The notes beneath the pieces were generated by a model. It ran no database searches. It worked only from the letters and a program-made list of their open reading frames with translations, and had not been told where the DNA came from. A DNA stretch of 37,654 bases, taken from IMG/VR virus record IMGVR_UViG_3300014774_000003, positions 1 through 37,654 of that record. The stretch is one strand, 5' to 3'. This document shows positions 31,326 to 37,654 of this stretch, piece after piece (position 1 is the first letter of the stretch; the number at the start of each line of letters is the position of its first letter). The stretch is from a virus. Made by a program: the position numbers and the translations under genes.

Positions 31326-33008
31326 ATGACATCACTCAATTGGTCCACAGCGTGTCCCGATTGGGAGCAAAAAATTGCAAAAGGGCAGTCACTCATGCCA
31401 TGCAAGCCATTATTCCCAGAAGAAGCGGAAATGGCATTGGATGTTTTTAAGAGTTTGGTTGTGACGGATGTGATTGGTCAGCCAACCATGGGTGAAATCA
31501 CCCGGCCTTGGGTATTTGAATTTGTGGCCTCAATCTTTGGTGCTTATAGCGAGGATGAGAGTCGACGCTTAATTCGTGAATTCTTCCTATTAATCCCGAA
31601 GAAAAACTCTAAATCAACACTGGCTGCATTCATTATGTTGACAGCGCTGATCATGAATGACCGCGGATCTGCTGAGTTGATTATTCTCGCGCCCACAAAA
31701 GAGGTCGCAGACAATAGTTTTATTCCAATTCGGGATGCGATTAAAGCGGATGAAGAATTAAGCGCACTGCTTAATATTTCCGAGCACACTAAAACAATCA
31801 CACACCGATCAACCAACGCCACCCTAAAGGTGGTTGCTGCTGAATCAAACACGGTGGGCGGTAAAAAAGCTTCGTGGATTCTGATTGATGAATTGCACTT
31901 GTTCCAAAAGAACGCAGGTGCGGCCAGTATGTTTCGTGAAGCGACCGGTGGTCTGGCATCACGTCCAGAGGGTTGCATTATCTACCTGACAACTCAGGCC
32001 AATGAGCAGCCATGTGGTGTATTTAAGCAAAAATTAGATTATGCCCGTGATATTCGTGATGGGATTAAGCAGAACAATAAGTTTCTACCTTTGATTTACG
32101 AGTTCCCAAAGCAAATGATTGAGGATGGGGAGCATCTTAAAAAAGAGAACTTCCATATACCCAACCCAAACTACGGCACCTCAGTCGATCCAGTTCAGCT
32201 TGAAGATGATTTTGAGCAGTCGCGCGATGGTGAGGAATCGGACTTTCGAGATTTTCTAGCCAAGCGGCTTAATGTTGAGATTGGTATTAATCTTCGCGCC
32301 AACCGTTGGGCAGGTGCTGAATATTGGCTGCAGCAATCCAAAGAATTCACCTTGGATAAACTAATCGAGCAATCAGACGTTATTACCTGCGGTATTGATG
32401 GTGGTGGCCTAGATGACTTACTTGGATTTGCCGTACTTGGTCGGCATAACAAAAGCCGTAAATGGTGGCTCTGGAATCATGCCTGGTGCAATAAAACTGC
32501 AGTCGAGAGACGCAAAGAGAATGCGCCAAAGTACGCTGACTATGAAAAGGAAAAAAGCCTAACTATTGTTGAGCGCATCGGCGATGACATTGATGAACTC
32601 GCAGCAATCGCAAAGAAATGTTTTGACTCGGGCAAGCTCGATAAGATCGGACTAGATCCATTGGGTTTAGGTGGTCTTTTAGATGGCTTACTTGATGCCG
32701 GTATTCCTGAAGACAAGCTGATTGCAGTAGCTCAGGGCTTTAAGTTGATGGGCTACATCCTCACCACAGAACGAAAATTAGCTGAAGGCAATCTTTACCA
32801 TGCTGGCCAAAGCTTAATGACTTGGTGTGTCGGTAATGCACGTGCAGTCATCAAGGGTAACGGCATGATGATCAGCAAACAGGAATCGGGTGTCGGGAAG
32901 ATTGACCCACTAATTGCTACGTTTAATGCGGTGGCCCTGATGAGTATGAACCCAGAGTCAGAACAAAAAGATATTTCTGAATTTTTAAATAACCCTTTGA
33001 GCACATAA
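31326..33008 (+). CDS. terL: Terminase large subunit (Terminase_1)
   Basis: 560 aa with a P-loop-like IPKKNSKST. Positioned between terS and the portal gene. Confidence 0.9.
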   Translation: MTSLNWSTACPDWEQKIAKGQSLMPCKPLFPEEAEMALDVFKSLVVTDVIGQPTMGEITRPWVFEFVASIFGAYSEDESRRLIREFFLLIPKKNSKSTLAAFIMLTALIMNDRGSAELIILAPTKEVADNSFIPIRDAIKADEELSALLNISEHTKTITHRSTNATLKVVAAESNTVGGKKASWILIDELHLFQKNAGAASMFREATGGLASRPEGCIIYLTTQANEQPCGVFKQKLDYARDIRDGIKQNNKFLPLIYEFPKQMIEDGEHLKKENFHIPNPNYGTSVDPVQLEDDFEQSRDGEESDFRDFLAKRLNVEIGINLRANRWAGAEYWLQQSKEFTLDKLIEQSDVITCGIDGGGLDDLLGFAVLGRHNKSRKWWLWNHAWCNKTAVERRKENAPKYADYEKEKSLTIVERIGDDIDELAAIAKKCFDSGKLDKIGLDPLGLGGLLDGLLDAGIPEDKLIAVAQGFKLMGYILTTERKLAEGNLYHAGQSLMTWCVGNARAVIKGNGMMISKQESGVGKIDPLIATFNAVALMSMNPESEQKDISEFLNNPLST

Positions 33009-33011
33009 ATT

Positions 33012-34277
33012 ATGGCTGATACAGATTACAGCGTTGATCTGCGTACACGGCCGTCTTTTTGGAATCGAGTCACCACGTTTTTTAGTGGTGGAAGGCTCGT
33101 TACTCCATCAAGCGGTTCGCAAAATGGCGCAGTATCCGCATCGGGCACAGTTGGCAGTTCGGTGGTATCCGATGAGCGTGCACTGCAAATTTCAACAGTT
33201 TGGGCTTGCGTCCGACTAATCTCTACAGTTACAGCTACCTTGCCACTGGATGTTTTTAAATATTCAGACAAGGGTGATGAAAAGCAGGGAAACAGTCACC
33301 CGTTGGCGCGTTTACTGCGTCATTCACCCAACCGCTTCATGACTCCAGTGGAATTCCGTGAATGCATGACCATGCAGCTATGCTTCTACGGAAACGCCTA
33401 TGCGCTGATTGAGCGTAATAGTTTTGGTGATGTGATTTCATTGAATCCGATGCTTTCAGCCAATATGGATGTGCGATTGGAAAAGGGTCAGGTGATTTAT
33501 CGTTATGCTCGCGACGGCAAGTACGTCGATCTGAAAAAGTATGAAGTATTTCACATTAAGGGCTTTGGTTTTAACGGCTTGGTTGGTCTTTCTCCAATTG
33601 CATTTGCCTGTAAATCAGCAGGTGTCGCAATCTCGATGGAAGACCACCAAAAGGACTTTTATGCCAATGGTGCCAAAGCTCCAAAGATTTTAAAAACTGG
33701 CGGTGCAATCCTCACAAAAGAACAGCGCGCACAGGTTGAGCAGAACTTCAAAGAGATTGCAGAAGGACCAGTCAATAAACGCCTTTGGATTCTTGAGGCT
33801 GGGTTTGATGCTGCTGATATTGGTGTCAGCCCGCAAGATGCCGAGCAGATGGCAGCCCGAAAGTTTCAGGTGTCGGAATTGGCGCGATTCTTTGGAGTGC
33901 CGCCTCACTTGGTTGGTGATGTTGAGAAAACAACGTCATGGGGGTCGGGCATCGAGCAGCAGAATCTAGGCTTCTTACAATACACCTTGCAGCCGTACCT
34001 GATCCGATGGGAGCAGGCAATTCAAGCATGGATTGTAAATGAGTCAGAGCGCGATTCAATTTACGTAAAACACAATGTTGAAGGTTTGCTGCGCGGTGAT
34101 TCTTCAGCCCGATCAACATTCATGTCCACAATGGTCAACAACGGTCTGATGACCGTGAATGAAGCGCGGAAACTTGATAATCGACCGCCTTTACCTGGTG
34201 GTGATCAAGCAACAAGACAATCGCAAAACGTGCCAATTGATCAATTGGGTACAGGAGGCGCAGGTGGAACTACTTAA
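33012..34277 (+). CDS. Portal protein, HK97 family
   Basis: 421 aa. Motifs ALQISTVWACVRLIS ... FYGNAYALIE ... FFGVPPHLVG are typical of this family. Confidence 0.9.
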   Translation: MADTDYSVDLRTRPSFWNRVTTFFSGGRLVTPSSGSQNGAVSASGTVGSSVVSDERALQISTVWACVRLISTVTATLPLDVFKYSDKGDEKQGNSHPLARLLRHSPNRFMTPVEFRECMTMQLCFYGNAYALIERNSFGDVISLNPMLSANMDVRLEKGQVIYRYARDGKYVDLKKYEVFHIKGFGFNGLVGLSPIAFACKSAGVAISMEDHQKDFYANGAKAPKILKTGGAILTKEQRAQVEQNFKEIAEGPVNKRLWILEAGFDAADIGVSPQDAEQMAARKFQVSELARFFGVPPHLVGDVEKTTSWGSGIEQQNLGFLQYTLQPYLIRWEQAIQAWIVNESERDSIYVKHNVEGLLRGDSSARSTFMSTMVNNGLMTVNEARKLDNRPPLPGGDQATRQSQNVPIDQLGTGGAGGTT

Positions 34278-34914
34278 AACACTTAATTTTGAAGAAACAG
34301 AATTAAAGATGCAAAAAGGGAAGGGTATTTTTGAAGGATACGCCTCCCTTTTTAATGTCCGTGATAGTGAGGGTGATGCATTCTTAAAAGGTGCATTTAC
34401 CAAAGCGATCAATTCACAGAAGACCGGTCGCAAAACCGCGATGCACTTCAACCACAACACGAAAGAAATCCCGATTGGCAAGTGGCTGACACTCGAAGAA
34501 GATTCAAAAGGGTTCTATGTGGTCGGTGAATTAACCCCGAATTTAAGCAAAGCAAACGATATTGCGGCAGCAGTCGAGCATGAAACCATTACTGGTTTAT
34601 CAGTTGCTGGCTTTGCCAACATGGACAGCGTGATTAAAAGCGCAGATGGCCGAGATATTGGCGAAGTTGCCATTCTTCGAGAAATCAGCGTATGTGTTCA
34701 CCCGATGCTGGACGAGGCTCAGTTTTCCTTGCGTAAAAGCATGGATGGTGTGAACTCAGTCCGAGATATTGAAGATTGGTTGAGGGATTCAGCTAATTTC
34801 AGTAAAAGCGAGGCGCAATCCTTTATTTCTCGCTTTAAATCTGCCCTTTTGAGCGACTCAGAAGCAGAAAAACAAACGGCATTAATTGCCAAAATCCAAT
34901 CTTTTAAAATTTAA
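34264..34914 (+). CDS. Prohead protease, HK97 family (S78)
   Basis: GIFEGYASLFNVRDSEGDAFLKGAF. AGGAGG sits 5 nt before GTG 34264. Alternative start at ATG 34309. Confidence 0.85.
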   Translation: MELLKTLNFEETELKMQKGKGIFEGYASLFNVRDSEGDAFLKGAFTKAINSQKTGRKTAMHFNHNTKEIPIGKWLTLEEDSKGFYVVGELTPNLSKANDIAAAVEHETITGLSVAGFANMDSVIKSADGRDIGEVAILREISVCVHPMLDEAQFSLRKSMDGVNSVRDIEDWLRDSANFSKSEAQSFISRFKSALLSDSEAEKQTALIAKIQSFKI

Positions 34915-34925
34915 TAGGTATTATT

Positions 34926-36086
34926 ATGACTGACTTAGCAGTTATTGAAAAAGCAATTGAGTCGCAACAAGCGGAAATTAAAAAAGCGTTTGATGCACAG
35001 CGTGAAGAAATCCAAAAAACAGGTGAGGTAAACAAAGCTTTACAGACCGACATTGCAAAACTGAATGAAGAACTGCAAAAGTCGGGCGCTCGCATGTTTG
35101 ATCTGGAGCAAAAACTCGGCAACCGTACACCAGAAGATCAACTTCAGAAGTCATTTGCTGAAAAAACAGCAGAAGAAATCACAAAGTCTTGGGATGGTCG
35201 CGCATCTAAAGCAGAAGTTGGCTCTTTCTACAAAGCTATTACTTCAGCTACTGCTTCAGCCGGTGATACTGTGGCGGTTCAGCGACTCGGTGGAATTGTA
35301 ACGCCTGGTCTACAGCGCTTGACGGTTCGTGATCTGTTGGCGCAGGGATCAACTTCCTCAAATGCAATTGAGTATGTGCGTGAGAATGTATTCACTAATG
35401 CTGCCGATGTTGTGGCGGAGGGTACATTAAAGCCTGAGTCTGATATTACATTTACCAAAGAAACCGCAAACGTGAAAACGATTGCTCACTGGATTCAAGC
35501 ATCACGCCAGATTGTTTCTGACTCAAGCCAATTGCAAAGCTACATTAACAACCGCTTAATGCACGGCTTAGCTTTGAAAGAAGAGGCTCAGCTTTTAAAT
35601 GGTAATGGCACTGGTGACAACCTGACTGGCTTAAACACGGTCGCAACCGCTTACAACACTGCGCTGACTGCCACTGGTGATACTTTTGCTGACGTGGTAG
35701 CACATGCGGTTTATCAAGTAAGCACTTCGGAGTTTGAGGCTTCTGCGGTAATCCTTAACCCTGCCGATTGGCACAAAATCGCACTGATGAAAGATCAGGA
35801 AGGTCGTTATATCTTCGGTGGACCGCAAGCATTTGCTTCAAAAGTGATGTGGGGCCTGCCAGTCGTAACCACCATGAGCCAAGCAGCAAACACGTTCACA
35901 GTGGGAGCGTTTAACCTTGCCTCTCAAGTGTGGGATAACATGGATGCGACTGTTGAAGTGTCTAATCAAGACCGTGACAACTTTGTTAAAAACATGCTAA
36001 CCATCCTTTGTGAAGAACGCCTTGCTGTGGCGCACTATCGCCCACAAGCAATCATTAAAGGCACTTTCCCTGCTGCTGGTGGCTAA
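34926..36086 (+). CDS. Major capsid protein, HK97 family
   Basis: 386 aa with an N-terminal coiled-coil delta domain. Follows the protease gene and is followed by a strong terminator. Confidence 0.9.
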   Translation: MTDLAVIEKAIESQQAEIKKAFDAQREEIQKTGEVNKALQTDIAKLNEELQKSGARMFDLEQKLGNRTPEDQLQKSFAEKTAEEITKSWDGRASKAEVGSFYKAITSATASAGDTVAVQRLGGIVTPGLQRLTVRDLLAQGSTSSNAIEYVRENVFTNAADVVAEGTLKPESDITFTKETANVKTIAHWIQASRQIVSDSSQLQSYINNRLMHGLALKEEAQLLNGNGTGDNLTGLNTVATAYNTALTATGDTFADVVAHAVYQVSTSEFEASAVILNPADWHKIALMKDQEGRYIFGGPQAFASKVMWGLPVVTTMSQAANTFTVGAFNLASQVWDNMDATVEVSNQDRDNFVKNMLTILCEERLAVAHYRPQAIIKGTFPAAGG

Positions 36087-36093
36087 TCCTGAT

Positions 36094-36120
36094 AGGGCGC
36101 TTAATTGCGCCCTTTCTTTT
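36094..36120 (+). terminator. Intrinsic terminator after the capsid gene
   Basis: AGGGCGC-TTAATT-GCGCCCT followed by TTCTTTT. Confidence 0.75.
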
Positions 36121-36136
36121 ATATATAGGTGATCCC

Positions 36137-36346
36137 ATGAAGTTACGTGTTTTAAAGCAATTTAGTCACTTTCGATTAGGTGCATTTGTCGCAAAAGAAA
36201 CCATTGAAGTGCCTGATCAGTACGCAAGTCATTTAATCGAAATTGGCGTGGCTGAAGAAATCAAATCAGCCGCCACCAAAGAAACACAATCAACTAATGA
36301 GGCGCAATCTGATGGCAATAAACGCACTCGAAGTCGTAAGCCTTGA
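36137..36346 (+). CDS. Hypothetical small head-module protein
   Basis: AGGTGA SD. 69 aa with a basic tail. Confidence 0.5.
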   Translation: MKLRVLKQFSHFRLGAFVAKETIEVPDQYASHLIEIGVAEEIKSAATKETQSTNEAQSDGNKRTRSRKP

Positions 36347-36635
36347 GCTTGCGAGACTGCAATGCGCGGTAGATGAAGGTGATTTTGATCCTTTGTTGCA
36401 GCACTACATTGAGACCGCTTTGGATTATTGTCTTAATCAGATTGACGATCCAGTAATAAACTCGGTTGAGAGAGTGCCGCGACAGGTCAAGCAGTCCATG
36501 CTGCTCCTGGTTGCAGAATGGTTTAAGAACCGAGAATCAACTATTGATGGTGCGGCATTGGAAATTCCAAATGGTGTAAAAACCATGCTTATGCAATGTC
36601 GCAATTGGTATGGTGGTGAATTACCGGAGGTATAA
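36312..36635 (+). CDS. Head-tail connector protein (gp6-like)
   Basis: MAINALEVVSLELARLQCAVDEGDFDPLLQHYIETALDYC is typical of Phage_connect_1. Confidence 0.7.
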   Translation: MAINALEVVSLELARLQCAVDEGDFDPLLQHYIETALDYCLNQIDDPVINSVERVPRQVKQSMLLLVAEWFKNRESTIDGAALEIPNGVKTMLMQCRNWYGGELPEV

Positions 36636-36636
36636 C

Positions 36637-36966
36637 ATGGCCCAACGTGCCGGCGAACTATGCCACCGTGTGACGATTCAGCAAAAAACCACGGTTTATG
36701 ATGAATATAACTATGAAACCGAAGCCTGGACTGAGTTCAAAAAGCTCTGGGGTAAAATCAGTTTCCTTTCGGTAAAAGATTCGATAAACGCCAAGGCTGC
36801 CGGATCAGAAACCACAGCACGGCTAAAACTGCGTAAACGCAAAGATATTGATACCGGTATGCGCGTTTTATTTGATGGCCAGACCTTCCAGATCGTTTCG
36901 CCACCTAAGCCTGACAACGAGAATGGTCGAATTTATATGACGCTGGAGTTGTCTTTAGTGGGGTAA
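36637..36966 (+). CDS. Head-tail adaptor / head closure protein
   Basis: GGAGG SD precedes ATG 36637. MAQRAGELCHRVTIQQKT ... RVLFDGQTFQIVSP matches Phage_H_T_join. Confidence 0.75.
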   Translation: MAQRAGELCHRVTIQQKTTVYDEYNYETEAWTEFKKLWGKISFLSVKDSINAKAAGSETTARLKLRKRKDIDTGMRVLFDGQTFQIVSPPKPDNENGRIYMTLELSLVG

Positions 36967-36969
36967 GCC

Positions 36970-37428
36970 ATGACGGTAGAATTTAATATTGAAGGCTTGG
37001 ATGAAGTTCAGGAGAAACTTAAAAGACTTGGCAATCCTCGCTTGATGAAGAATGCTGCAAGGCGCTCTATGCGTAAAGCCATGTCGATTGTCCGGGATGC
37101 CGCACGAAATAATGCAAAAGGCATTGATGATCCGCAGACAGCCGAAAAGATTTGGAAAAACATTGCGATTGCTGCGGGGAAAACACGAAACCCAAGTGAA
37201 GTGGTGATGCGTGTTGGTGTGCGTGGTGGTGCGTCATTTTCCAATCCAAATCCGCCCAATACAAGCGGTGGTGACACCCGACATTGGCGTTGGGTTGAGC
37301 TAGGCAGTGTGCACAATCCACCAACTCCATTCATGCGCCCAGCACTGCAAAACAACATCCAAGCCGTGACCAATAGCTTTGCTGAAAACTTCAATAAAGA
37401 AATCGACAAGGAACTCGCAAAATTATGA
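36970..37428 (+). CDS. HK97 gp10-family neck / tail-completion protein
   Basis: MTVEFNIEGLDEVQEKLKRLG ... PFMRPAL pattern. Confidence 0.75.
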   Translation: MTVEFNIEGLDEVQEKLKRLGNPRLMKNAARRSMRKAMSIVRDAARNNAKGIDDPQTAEKIWKNIAIAAGKTRNPSEVVMRVGVRGGASFSNPNPPNTSGGDTRHWRWVELGSVHNPPTPFMRPALQNNIQAVTNSFAENFNKEIDKELAKL

Positions 37429-37654
37429 ACATTTTACCAGTAGTTCCGACATTAAAAACCAGTCCTGAAGTCACAGCTTTGCTCGGTACCAATCCTTTAA
37501 AAGTCTGGGAAGATATTGCGCCAAGTGGCACAGCATACCCTTATGCAGTCTGGTCAGTAGTCACAGCCAATCCTGAAAACAATTTAGATTGCCCGGCGAA
37601 TACTGATCATGTGTCCTTCCAGATTGTGGTTTACGACACTCAGCAGAAAAGAGC
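37425..37654 (+). CDS. Tail terminator / tail-completion protein (DUF3168-like); 5' part, continues at 128..269 after the overlap is collapsed
   Basis: ATGA overlap with the upstream gene. The reading frame is open to the window end. Confidence 0.6.
   Translation, partial: MNILPVVPTLKTSPEVTALLGTNPLKVWEDIAPSGTAYPYAVWSVVTANPENNLDCPANTDHVSFQIVVYDTQQKR
37528..37654. repeat. 127-bp exact duplicate of the window start (1..127)
   Basis: Base-by-base identity to 1..127. Confidence 0.95.

Noticed and set aside
34159-34263. Protease start at 34159
   Set aside because: It would overlap the portal gene by 119 nt. AGGAGG plus GTG 34264 (or ATG 34309) gives a conventional junction.

Overview
The window is one complete, circularly closed temperate siphovirus genome. 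Bases 1-127 are identical to 37528-37654, so the unique length is 37,527 bp. There is no flanking host DNA, so this is the attP (excised or assembled-circular) form. All family calls come from motif recognition by eye and from synteny; no database search was possible. The host is probably a gammaproteobacterium such as Acinetobacter, which is an unverified impression from protein style. Layout: (i) tail module 1..12414 (+): terminator-like protein, tube, G/GT chaperone with a lambda-type -1 frameshift, SLT-containing tape measure, GTA-like tip proteins and a LamG fibre-like protein; (ii) atypical lysis cassette 12517..13838; (iii) integrase, a repeat-rich attP-like spacer and an Xis-like gene, 14010..15538 (-); (iv) leftward early operon with lambda-like exo and bet plus many unknown genes, 15535..21138 (-); (v) immunity region 21190..22358, with a CI-like repressor between PL-like and PR-like promoters that share one palindromic operator, plus Cro; (vi) rightward early genes 22392..27297: antirepressor, DUF1376 initiator with internal iterons, lambda-P-like loader, nin-like genes, RuvC-like resolvase and a Q-like antiterminator; (vii) a late promoter/terminator unit, tRNA-Arg(UCU) and moron-like genes, 27306..30750; (viii) an HK97-type packaging and head module, 30856..37654. 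The most unusual items are: a terminator-bracketed two-gene cassette (membrane-anchored HIRAN-like protein plus lipoprotein) inserted between GT and the tape measure; a candidate small antisense RNA over the start of the first PL gene; a two-TM GH108 endolysin fusion; an ori-like 7-bp-periodic array; and the Q/PR'/tR'/tRNA arrangement.
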